Shown in pieces: positions 49,777 through 60,300 of a stretch of DNA of 64,000 nt. This DNA comes from Candidatus Latescibacterota bacterium (lineage in GTDB: Bacteria > Latescibacterota > UBA2968 > UBA8231): the NCBI GenBank assembly GCA_965197905.1, contig CBDAOB010000005.1, forward strand, positions 928,001-992,000, written 5' to 3'. Each line of letters opens with the position of its first letter. Position 1 is the first letter of the stretch. Both the position numbers and the translations under genes were made by a program. The notes beneath the pieces were generated by a model. It worked only from the letters and a program-made list of their open reading frames with translations. It was not told where the DNA came from and did no database searches.

Positions 49777-52413
49777 ATTCCGTTCTCTCCGCTTACCGGC
49801 TTGTTTGGGGAGACGCCGCTCGGGATCACCCAGTTGGTGCCAAGAAGCGCCTGAATCGCCGAATGCGGATCACACTCTACGGCATCGATGGCATCTCTAG
49901 GCTTCATGCAGTGATTTGGCTCATTCTCGTGCCAATCCCTGCAGTATTGCTCTCGGCGTTCGTCATCCTGCCAGAAATCGGCGCCACCTTCAGACTCGCG
50001 TCGCGTTAGCATGTCACCACCAACGTGAATGTTTTCTGAGTCGGTGAAGTAGCCTTTCCATTCATTCTCCGCAGGGGTACCTGGGTGATTCGCCAACAAC
50101 CGCGGTCCACAGATTCTGCGCCGTGTCAATTCGCACATTGGCACGGAACCAGAAAGGAGTTTCTGCCTGGAGAATATAGTAGCTGCCTTCGGAAGAAGTC
50201 TCCTCCAGCTTAGCCCGAAGACCCAGCATCTCCACGATGGGTTGCCCCGCAATCTTGTGAATCCGCAAGTGCAAATCCTCCTTGATTTTGTGTAGCGAAA
50301 ACAAGCGCTCGAAAACTTGTGGAACGCGCACAATGCACTGATAGCAGGCGCCAGTTGGTTCGGCAGCATCACGGAATTGTTTGAGCGTGAATTCGTTCAA
50401 ACATTTCTGGTTTACCAGAGTCTCCAAGCCAAGGGCCATCAAATTCTTGAGCGGGGTTTTGGCATCAGCGGGTGCGTTATCGGGACAAGGCACCGCACTT
50501 TTGTCCCAATATCCGGCTTCGGTTTCGGTCTTGGGAAAGGGTGCAGGGCAATTGTCCCCCCAATATTTGGCTTCGGTCTCCATCTTAGGCGGTCCGACCG
50601 AATCAACTATCTTCCCCTCATAGATCTCGAGCAGGCGAAGGTGACGCTCTTCCTGTCCCATGAACAGCGCAGACATAGCCGGAGCGTCAAGCTTGAGTAG
50701 ACCCTGGCCTTTGTCTGGGTCAGGACCTCCGCGTTCCAGCCATTTATTTGCCGGCGCGTAGATCTGGCTCCTTAGAACTGGCAAGCCGTAGAGTTCACGT
50801 GCCGTTACTGCAGTGATTTCGTTGTCCGAGAATACGAAGGGCGAGATTACCCCCGCCGAAACGGGCTTCTTATCTGAGTGCATATGATCGAATAGCTTAA
50901 CGGGGACCGAAAAACGAACCTGGAGGCCGGAATAATGACCAATGTCGTCTCTCCGCGAATGTGCCTGTTGGGTACTCCAGACTATCAGATAGACGAATTT
51001 GCCAAAAGCACGAAATTGGTACCTCTCCTGATTCTCCAGATGATTGAAACGGCGGTCGACGAAATCTTGCAGTTGGCCAGGGTGTGCCAGCAGTGGCAAC
51101 ACTCGGATCGTCGTATCTGGCAGGTGGAATGGACCCGGGAGTGATATAATGGCGGCGCCCCTGGCGGTGTCGTACAAGTGCCCGTAGTGCTCCACCGCAT
51201 AGGCGGCGGTATCATTCTTCTTAAGTTTGGGCAAAGCACCCTTGGGTTGGGCAGGCACCAACCAGCCATCTGTGGCTTTGGATCGCCAGCACAGGTTCTC
51301 TCCTTTGGAATAGGTGAGATCGACATCTACCCAGAACGGGTAGTCTGGCCGCATCAAAGCGACGGGCACCCCGTCGCCTGCTTCTTCATGGCCAACCTCG
51401 ATGCCCAAGCTATCAATGATCGGGAGGTTTGGGTACTTGTGGATGCGTACGAAGTAACCGCCGGTTGAATCACCTCGCATCAAATTCGTGTCGCCGAGCA
51501 TCCCCCCTTGGTTGAAGCGCGATAGAGAAATCTGCGAGTTGACAAGGGCCTGGTAGCAAACCTCCTCCGGGTTTTCTGCGTCACGGAACTGTTTGAGATT
51601 GATCGAATTTCCAGAGGCCGGCTTGAGGGTGGCAAACCCCCGCATCGTGCGTAGTAGCTCGATCGGAATTTGAGGCCATCCTTGGGTTTCATATCCGCGA
51701 CCCGGGAAGGACATCAACATGTCGAGAACATGTGCGTTCCACGCTAGCATGCTGGACGCGGCTTTCGTGCATGCGCCAAAGGGATTGCTCGGTGACTCCC
51801 AGTTAGGAGGAATCTGGGTAAGGGTCACGTCGGGATCCTTCTCGATCTCGAGAAACGTCGCCGTTTCCATAGGTACACCGGTGTATACCTCAGAGAATAC
51901 ACGGGTGCCGACGCTGGTGATCTTGTGGGGAGTGAGTGGTTTTCCTGGCCAGGAATCGATGTGAACCGGCCAACCCTGCATTTTTGGCCAACCGTAAACC
52001 TCGCGGCCGGTCATTTGAGACGAATCTTGATCGACGAAGATGAAGGGAGAAAAGGAGGCAGAACCTTGGTAGACGTACTTGCCATGGATCTTGCGGTACC
52101 GGTCAAGGAAAACGGAGAAGACGATCTCGTGCTGGGACAGCCAGCCGGCGTTACGCGCATCCATCGCAATGCGGTCGTAATGCACGAGCTGCAGGAAGAC
52201 GTATGGTAGGGAAGGCCTGAACTGGGCAATTTCAGGAGGGATAATGTTGAGGTATGCATCGCAGAATCGCCGCAACTGGTCGAGGCGGGCGCGAAGCGGC
52301 AGAAACCAGATGGTGACACCACTGAAGGTGTATGGCGGCGCCGAAGTCTGTGTTGCCGCGCCGCGCGCCATGTTGTACTTAGGCAGATTGATGATGCGAC
52401 CTTGCACGTTCAT
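49773..52413 (-). CDS. Tandem two-domain ADC-like protein, paralogue of 46975-49776; frameshift near 50083 (879 aa if corrected)
   Basis: SQHEIVF..GREVYGWPK..LKQFRDA and ARELYGLPV..LKQFRDA. The alternate-frame tail DPHSAIQALLGTNW matches the paralogue EPQLAIEYLLSNRW and ends in a TTGA overlap with the next gene. Confidence 0.7.
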
Positions 52414-53447
52414 TGGCGCCGATCCAGCATCCAGGTGGTCAGCTCGCGAATGAACTCGAGATCTCGCGATTCGGGCAGGGAACCGAACATGCGTTGGAAT
52501 TCGTGTTGTGCAGCCCCCGCCATGCCGCGGGCTATCTGACGCGCGTATTCGATGCAACCATAATCTTCCATCCGTTGGCGGATCCAGCGGACGTCATCCT
52601 CCGTCCGATCTCCTTGATCGTCCCCAAGTATGGAATCGAGCCGGTCGATTTCCCTGGGGGTGGATAGTGAGAAGAGGCGAATCAGCATCAACGTTCGTTT
52701 GCCTTCGCGAATGTCTCCATCAATTTCCTTCCCGTAGGCTTCATCACCAACTAGATTCAGAATGTCGTCCTGTATCTGGAATGCAGCACCTAGGAAAAAT
52801 CCGAAGTGGATGAAACCGTCCAGATCAACCCGGTCCCTGGTTCCGATGAGGGCGCCAACACGGGTGGGGTATATAGACAACAGCCAGCACGTCTTTTTGA
52901 GGACCATCTCGAGGTACTGAGCATCATCCAACACGACCGTGTTGTCGCGGCGCCAGCCCAGTTCCATGGCTTGGCCTTCCGCTGATTCACGTGCCATGCG
53001 TTCGGTTTCTTCGAGGATGCGCATTGACAGGAACGGTCCCAACTGAGATCGGTTTTCTATCAACGGGCGGAGGCTCATCAGCGCTAACCCGTCGCCAACA
53101 TTGATTGCCATCGGAACGCCGGCAAGGCGATGAAGCGTAGGTTTCCCGCGGCGTTCCTCGCTACCGTCTTGGATGTCATCGTGGATTAGGAGCGCGTTAT
53201 GGAGCAACTCGATGGAAACGGCGGACCGCAGCGCGTCATTGAGGGTAGCGCCAAAGGCGCGAGCGGTTGCGATGCAGAGGGAGGGACGCAGCATCTTGCC
53301 GCCCCGCCCAGGGTAGTCAGCGAGCAGGTCGTAGAGGTGGCGCCGTGGTTCTTTGCGTGGCAGATATTCCGAAAGTGCTGTGCGTGTGGCCTCGCCGTAC
53401 TCCTCCAAGATCTCGGCGATCAGAGGTCGCGACGAGGTTGCAGTCAT
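52410..53447 (-). CDS. Polyprenyl diphosphate synthase (trans-IDS, GGPP-synthase-like)
   Basis: GGKMLRP, HDDIQDGSEERRGKPT, AINVGD, GQAMEL, KKT, FQIQDDILN and DIREGKRT. Confidence 0.93.
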   Translation of the reverse strand: MTATSSRPLIAEILEEYGEATRTALSEYLPRKEPRRHLYDLLADYPGRGGKMLRPSLCIATARAFGATLNDALRSAVSIELLHNALLIHDDIQDGSEERRGKPTLHRLAGVPMAINVGDGLALMSLRPLIENRSQLGPFLSMRILEETERMARESAEGQAMELGWRRDNTVVLDDAQYLEMVLKKTCWLLSIYPTRVGALIGTRDRVDLDGFIHFGFFLGAAFQIQDDILNLVGDEAYGKEIDGDIREGKRTLMLIRLFSLSTPREIDRLDSILGDDQGDRTEDDVRWIRQRMEDYGCIEYARQIARGMAGAAQHEFQRMFGSLPESRDLEFIRELTTWMLDRRQ

Positions 53448-54150
53448 GCGGAGGGCTCGGTCTCGGGCTCCTCGGAATCGGGGATTTCAACGTCAAGCGT
53501 CCCCGAAGCTGCCGATTGGCGCGATCGTAAATGAGCGCCGAGTAAAAACCGGCAGGTTGATCGTTGGGCACCTCGATGCGGACCGCTGCGGGGCGCCCAC
53601 GTTCAGGCGGGAAGCAGGTGACGTCAAGTGCTAACTTATCTGAATCTTTATCACACAAAGGTGGAACGAACAATTCTTCGGATCCGCTGGTGCCTTCTTC
53701 GAAATCCAACGAGAGGCGGACGTGAACCTCCGAGGCAACCTCGACGTTGAGCGGAACCGTTCCTGACGCGACATCTCCATTTTGGCCGTTGGCAGGCCAC
53801 CCGCTGTCGAATGGCTTTCCAGCCATCGCTCCACTCATAGCTTCGAACCAGCGGGTCGTCAGGTCGACGAAGGAGCGCGCCATACCATCTGCGGTCGAGC
53901 GCATGTTATCGGTGCCCGTGTTCGCGCCCGTCCCGAAAAAGGAACCGCCAAATTGCTCTGCCATTCGACGTCCTTCGCGGATTTGCGAATCGATAAGTTC
54001 GTACCCCAGGCGTACACTGTTCTCGATCGCCTGTTGCCAGTCATTGCCTGCGCCGGAACCGCCGTCCCAGGCGGGGCCATGGCCATCAGTCCAGTTGCGG
54101 CGCGGTGCAGAACGCTCCGGGTCTTCGCGATGTATTCGATCGTCTTCCAT
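53444..54150 (-). CDS. Hypothetical protein (helical N-terminus, beta-rich C-terminus); probable 1-nt frameshift in G4 near 53502 (235 aa if corrected)
   Basis: Adding one G gives ...LRGTLDVEIPDSEEPETEPSA* ending in an ATGA overlap with the prenyltransferase, instead of a 131-nt overlap. Confidence 0.65.
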
Positions 54151-54166
54151 CGGAGTCGCTTGTCCT

Positions 54167-54469
54167 CTAACTCTTATCCAGCGCAGACATCATTTCTTCC
54201 ACAAGCTCATCGTTGTTCGCGATCTCTTTCAGCTGCTTTAGTTGCTGCGACAGATCTTCCTTGAGGTTCGCCCGTCGAGTTCTCTTCTTCACCTCCCTCA
54301 ACAATAACGACAAAGCATCGGTCTCAATCGAGCCGCTCTCGTACGAGTTGGTTTGATCTACATCGCTACCACTATCCCGACTGGGCGAGGCCATCTCATA
54401 AGGCAGGCGCCACCAGCGGTCCATCATTTCAGCCCACACCATCCAGGGACTTCCGCTTCTCTGACCCAT
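54167..54469 (-). CDS. Small hypothetical helical protein, first gene of the isoprenoid operon
   Basis: 100-aa ORF with a GAGG RBS, 16 nt upstream of the next gene. Confidence 0.6.
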   Translation of the reverse strand: MGQRSGSPWMVWAEMMDRWWRLPYEMASPSRDSGSDVDQTNSYESGSIETDALSLLLREVKKRTRRANLKEDLSQQLKQLKEIANNDELVEEMMSALDKS

Positions 54470-54743
54470 GTTCTCGACCTCTCGGCTTAAGGTTGGTTAT
54501 GCGTTCGCCTCGCAGGGTACCGAAGCCGTGCTTAAGATAATGCGCGACTCCTCTGAACCCAAGACGTTTTAGTGTCTAATATGCAACATAGGAACCTGAC
54601 TGCTCGGTTGCAATCAGACACGCAAGAGAGGGCAGTTTCACGGCAAACAGGTGGCGGATGCGCGATCGGACATGCGCTACGGTGTCTTCGGCGACATGAA
54701 GCCCCGGGGCATGTCCCTGAGGGGGAGGGGCGATCGACAGCTG

Positions 54744-55400
54744 CTACTTAAGGAACAGCATCTTGCTGAATTCGTCCTCGTTTCCGACGCGCAGGCGGGT
54801 AAAATAGGCGCCGCTAGAAACGCGCCTACCCTGGTCATCGGCCCCGTCCCAGACCACCCGGTAGCTTCCATCTCTCTGATGATTCAGCTCAAACGAACGT
54901 ATGAGCTGGCCGGTAACATCGTAGATCTCGAGGGTCACCTGTCCCGGCTCCAAGAGCACGAACGGAATGGTTGTGCTGGTGTTGAAGGGATTCGGGTAGT
55001 TCGGCTGCAGGTGTGCGGTCAAGGGAAGACCGATCATATCCCGCGCCATGGCGAGGATCTTGGCTTGCGCTTCGAGGCCAAACTGGTTGCCGAGAACAAA
55101 GAAGTCGCTAAAGTCGACTTCGCCGTTGCCGCTCAGGTCGTACCTCGCATCCCAGCCGGCGTCGGCACGGGTAAGATCGAAGTGATCGGCGAAGAGGAAG
55201 AAGTCCAGGGCGTCCACCACGAAATCGGCATTGCCTGCCCGATACTCGATCGGTACAAGCTAGGCGCTGATTGTTGTATTTCAGGGCCGGCGATCGTGGA
55301 GGAGATAGACTCCACGACGCTGCTAAAGCCGGCGTACACCGCACATATCGATCGGTTCGGAAATCTCCTTATCGAATTGTAGAATTACCCCACATCGCAA
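54744..55400 (-). pseudogene. Remnant of a secreted protein with an EF-hand/dockerin-like pair and C-terminal FlgD-Ig/T9SS-like sorting domain
   Basis: DFFLFADHF, YDLSGNGEVDFSDFFVLGNQFG, LQPNYPNPFN, WDGADDQGRRVSSGAYF; the upstream part is broken by stops and the first loop (ADF-VVD) lacks its NGDG-type core. The upstream boundary is approximate. Confidence 0.7.
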
Positions 55401-55595
55401 CTCGTTTCATCTCCAGGCACCCGCCAGATTACCTTAAGTGCAGATTCACCACGTATGCCCCCATCGCTCATCGACAGAGGACCAACAATCTCCTACGGAA
55501 AATAGGACTTGACAATCAGCAAGGGTAATTCACATAATATGCACTTAAGGGCCATTAGTGCAATATATACCCATTTATGCAGGGAGAAATCAGAT

Positions 55596-56870
55596 ATGGA
55601 TGATTGGCGAGATCTACTCGATGGAATGCTTGGGGATCTGACGAATTGGCCACCAGATGATGAAGATATAACTACCGCCGTACACGCATTAATAGAACGT
55701 CTAGTCGGAGGCGATTATAGCGAATTGGCTATCGGTGTTTTTGAGGCACTGAGGGACGGAGATATTTCGAAGTCCGAAATTATCCAATTGGCTATAGCAG
55801 TTATTGATACCCTTCCCGATAACGAATTGACCAACGGCTTACGCGATGCATTAGAAGATGGCGAGCTTGAACTCATTGAAGTGGGACAAGTCGCCGCAGC
55901 TTGGATAGCAAGCAATAGCCCCAATGCCGCTGTTCGAGAAGCGATCAAAGAACTGATCGTAAGCATCAAAAACGACAGCCTATCGACAGATGCGATCAAG
56001 ACGGCACTTATAGAGTTCGTCAGGAGAAGCAATGCGGATATAGGAGCCGCGCTAGAACAAGCCCTAAACACCCAGTTGCCACTCAGGTCTACCCTGCTGA
56101 CCCTCGTACCTCTGCTGATCAAGCAAGGCTGGATTGACAACATCGGATCGACGACGGAAGAAAAGGCGGCTAACCTATTAGCCGTTTTCAATAATGAAGC
56201 CAATAATATTCCCGAATCCTGGAATGACCTCGTAACGCGACTTACCAATTTTGACAGTGACAATATCCACGAGCTGCTTAAAACAGTCCTAGGATTATTG
56301 GGTTCTGACTCCGAGGCTATAATTGGAGCCGTTCTACAAGGGAATATTGGCAAAATAATAACCGATAGACTGACAACGGAATTAACTCAGAGAATATCCG
56401 ATCTCATTGATGGAATTGACGAACAAGACTCCCAAGCCCTGGCGACTACGATCATTTCAATAATCAAGGGGGAAAAAGAGCTAGTCCCCACGCAGTCCGA
56501 ACAAGACGAGCTCAATATGAACGATAAGGGTTATGATATGTTTAAACGGACGCGCAAGGTGGTATACGCAACTATTTTGGCAGTTGAGGGAGGGGCCATA
56601 GTTCCGACCGTAGCAATGGCGAAACCACATGTTTTTGCCGCTGCCGCCATACGTTCCGATACAACACTTAATGAGCTTGTAGAAGAAGACGAACGAGCGA
56701 AATTTCTCGAACTATTACCGAGATTTGCGAAGAAAGAATTTCAAGACCATCCCAATATCGTCAATCTGACGCGTAACGAACTCTTAAGTTTGCGCGAATT
56801 GAGCGAACTCAGTCTTGAGCTTTTTGATCTATTTTTACGTGTGAATTTTCGCTTATCTCGGGGGGCATAA
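55596..56870 (+). CDS. Hypothetical acidic all-alpha protein, AT-rich, with internal ALxDG repeats
   Basis: Long ORF; GGAG RBS before ATG 55596; repeats EALRDGDISKSE and DALEDGELELIE. Confidence 0.7.
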   Translation: MDDWRDLLDGMLGDLTNWPPDDEDITTAVHALIERLVGGDYSELAIGVFEALRDGDISKSEIIQLAIAVIDTLPDNELTNGLRDALEDGELELIEVGQVAAAWIASNSPNAAVREAIKELIVSIKNDSLSTDAIKTALIEFVRRSNADIGAALEQALNTQLPLRSTLLTLVPLLIKQGWIDNIGSTTEEKAANLLAVFNNEANNIPESWNDLVTRLTNFDSDNIHELLKTVLGLLGSDSEAIIGAVLQGNIGKIITDRLTTELTQRISDLIDGIDEQDSQALATTIISIIKGEKELVPTQSEQDELNMNDKGYDMFKRTRKVVYATILAVEGGAIVPTVAMAKPHVFAAAAIRSDTTLNELVEEDERAKFLELLPRFAKKEFQDHPNIVNLTRNELLSLRELSELSLELFDLFLRVNFRLSRGA

Positions 56871-57384
56871 CAATGTTATCTCTTAAAATTGGCATTTCAA
56901 TTCTGTTTTTTCTACTAGCTCATGCTCAAGCCCAAAAAACAATTGAATTCCGGCAAATTGCCGCAGTTGATCAATCTGAATTGAGTTTTGTCTCAATTTT
57001 CATTCAAAAGAGTACCGGATTCCCGAATTTCTCAGATGAGATTGAGGAAAAACAGGCAATTCGCATAATTAACAGATGAGAGTTTGTACTTTTTTCATAC
57101 TGATTGGACTGGGCCCAATACTGATACTGCCAAACGGGAACCAGGTTGCCAAGCTAAACGGGTAGATTCAAGATACGACGAGGAAATAGGTGCGTACTAC
57201 TTCTCGATTTACCCCGATCCTGCTGCTTGTCCAGTTAGAAATACCGGAACCCTTATCATCGAACAACCCCCTGATGGAGCTATAATCAAAAGGTGTGGAA
57301 ATACACAGAAGGCGATCCTACCCTTCCTTTGTAATTAGACATTACACGCGCCGGGGCTGTCCCGGCAGGAAGAGGAGAATCGCC

Positions 57385-60300
57385 ATGCCACAACCTAAGC
57401 TGAGCACCGCGGAAATGTCCATGCCCACGTTCGAAACGTTGGAAGCGTGGACGCGGTCGCAGATTCAGTCTTTGATGCAGTCGGTTTTGGATGAAGAAGT
57501 GACGCAGGTGCTGGGGCGGTCGCGCTACCAGCGTCAGGCCCCGTTGGACGCACCCGGCGGCTATCGAAATGGCTACGGGAAGCGGCGGCGACTGTCCTGT
57601 ACCTCGGGCACGATCGAGGTAAAACGTCCACGCGTGCGAGGTCTGGAAGAGCGCTTCGAGAGCGCCATTCTGCCGCTGTTTGCGCGGCGTACGAAGGAGG
57701 TGGGTCAGCTGTTGCCGGAACTGTATCTGCACGGTCTGTCCCAAGGCGACTTCGAGCTGGCGCTGCGCGGCCTGCTGGGAGCGGGAGCGCCGCTGTCGCC
57801 GTCCTCAATCGCGCGTTTGCGGGATAAGTGGATCGTCGAATACCACGCCTGGCGCAGCCGACGGCTGGATGACCGCGAGCTGGTGTACGCCTGGGCCGAC
57901 GGGATCGTGCGCCACGAGGCGCCAGAGAACCGGGTGGGATGCAAGGACCCACCAACGGGCTGTCGCAGCAGCCCGTTGAAGCTGGAGGCAGCCTGACCCT
58001 GGGAGCGCAGGGGAAGGTGGAAGCAGCCTCGACAACGACAGAGTGGAGTGGCACCTCCAGACACTCCACGTCTGGCAAGCAAGACGGAATGGTGTAACCC
58101 GAAGTGAACCAGTGATGGAACCCCCTTTAGCGGCCCGCCAACCCAAACCTGGTGGATAAGGGTTGGTACGCAACGCACGTGGTCGGATATATGACCGACT
58201 GCGACTCTGGGGAGGTGTGATACCCACCGAAGCAGAGGCCTTGGAGAATGCCTGCGGCGTACCCAAGGCGAAGTTGCAGGGGAAAAGCTGGGCACCTCCC
58301 CCGTCAAACGGTTCATGGTGAACGTGGGAACCGAGCCGAGTCCGACCGTTATCGGGGCAGCGCGCTGTCCGCTGTGGGGCTTGGCAAGGGACGGAGCCTC
58401 TGTAGTAGTCCGCGAGCGGGAAAGCCGCTTACATGGCGAAGGGAGGCAGCAAGTTGCGCAGTGGGGTACTGGAAAAACAGGAGGACGCCGGTGAATGCCA
58501 GCGCTTCGTGGCCCGAGGCAGAACAAGCCCGTAATCGAGTACTGGAAATCCAGACCAAACTGCACCGTTGGGCTGTAGAGGATCGAAGCAAGTGCTTCGA
58601 CGACCTGTTCAACCTGGTGTGTGACCCGGCGTTTTTGAGTGTAGCCTGGCGTCGGGTGCGCAGCAACAAGGGTGCTCGTTCGGCCGGAGTGGACGGACAA
58701 ACGGCCTACTCTGTGGAGACGGAACGCGGCGAGGAGGCCTTTCTCGCCGAGGTGCGGGTTGATCTGAAGACCCGCAGTTTCCGGCCTCTGCCCGTACGCG
58801 AGCGGTTGATTCCGAAACCTGGCACAACGAAGAAGCGCCGGCTCGGCATCCCAACCGCTCGGGACCGAGTGGTCCAAGCCGCACTCAAGCTGGTGCTCGA
58901 ACCGATCTTCGAAGCGGACTTCAAGCCGTGCTCCTACGGCTTCCGCCCGAATCGGCGGGCTCAGGACGCCATCGCCGAGATTCATCAATTCTGCTCCCGC
59001 TCTTATGAGTGGGTGGTGGAGGGCGATATCCGTGCTTGTTTCGATGAGATTGATCACGCAGCCCTCTTGGACCGCGTGCGTCGACGTATCGGTGATAAGC
59101 ATGTTCTGAGGCTTGTAAAAGCGTTCTGCAAGGCCGGTGTCCTCACGGAACAATCGGTGTTGCAAGAAAGCACTTCGGGCACTCCGCAAGGCGGTATTCT
59201 CTCACCGCTGGTGGCAAATATCGCCTTATCCGTCCTCGACGATTATTTCACTGAGGTCTGGAGAAAGGTGGGCGCTACCTCCAGTGCGCGACAAGCGCAT
59301 CGGCGAAAGGGGCTACCGACTTGTCGGCTTGTCCGTTACGCTGACGATTTCGTGCTGCTGGTGGCGGGCACCGAAGCTGCAGCGTATGACCTGCGCGACC
59401 AAGCGGGGGTGACTCTCACCCCCATGGGTCTGCACCTGTCGGAGACGAAGACCGCCATCACGCACATCAGCCGTGGCTTCGATTTCCTGGGTTTTCGCAT
59501 TCAGAAGCGACGGAAACCGGGCCCGGTTGGCGCACGCATCTATACGTGGCCAAGAAAGGAATCTCTGGCCCGGTTGAAGAGCACGGTGCGCGCAGTCACG
59601 AGAACGGGTCGGCAGAGGCCGTTGAAGAGCCTTCTGCGCCAACTCAATCCGGTGTTGCGGGGGTGGGCCAACTACTTTCAGTACGGGGTGTCGAAGGCCA
59701 CTTTCAACTACGTGCGGGGCTTCACTTGGCGCCGCGTAGTGCATTGGCTGCGCCGCAAGCACCCGCGCTTTAATTGGAGGAAGCTGAAACGCCGCTACCT
59801 GCCAGGATGGTGGCCCACCGAGGACGGGATTGCTCTTTACAACGTCGGCGAAGTAGCAGTGACTCGTTACCGCTATCGATCGGCGCGGATCCCTTCTCCC
59901 TGGCCTGCGACAACCGGATGAGACTCTGCGGTCACACGGCACCTTGTGGAGAGCCGGATGCGTGGTAACGCGCACGTCCGGTTCGGAGGGCGGGCCGGAG
60001 AAACCCACATCACGCGTGTGGCGCAGGGCGCTCCGGTCCGACCCTACTACGTCAAAGCCGGGCTCGAGAAAGAAAAGGCCGCTCTCCTGGTGGTCATCGG
60101 CGCCATGAGCGATGGGCGCAAGGAAGTCTTGACGATTGTCCCAGGCTATCGCGAATCGAAGGAGTCGTGGACGAGCGTGCTGCGCGATTTGCGTGACCGC
60201 GGACTGAGCGCGGCGAAGTTGTTGGTGGCGGATGGGCACCTGGGTATTTGGGCCGCCCTGGCGCAGGTCTGGCCGGAGACGGCGGAACAGCGGTGCTGGA

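Noticed and set aside
49773..50372. 199-aa ORF as a separate gene
   Set aside because: Only its 3' half looks coding, and it is best explained as the frameshifted tail of the upstream ADC-like gene.
36314..54469. Carotenoid, hopanoid or tocopherol pathway
   Set aside because: No CrtB/HpnCD, squalene-hopene cyclase, UbiA-type prenyltransferase or tocopherol cyclase is recognisable in the window.
58491..59921. Reverse transcriptase as a retron, DGR or defence RT
   Set aside because: It has a maturase domain and lies within canonical group II intron boundaries with domains V and VI.
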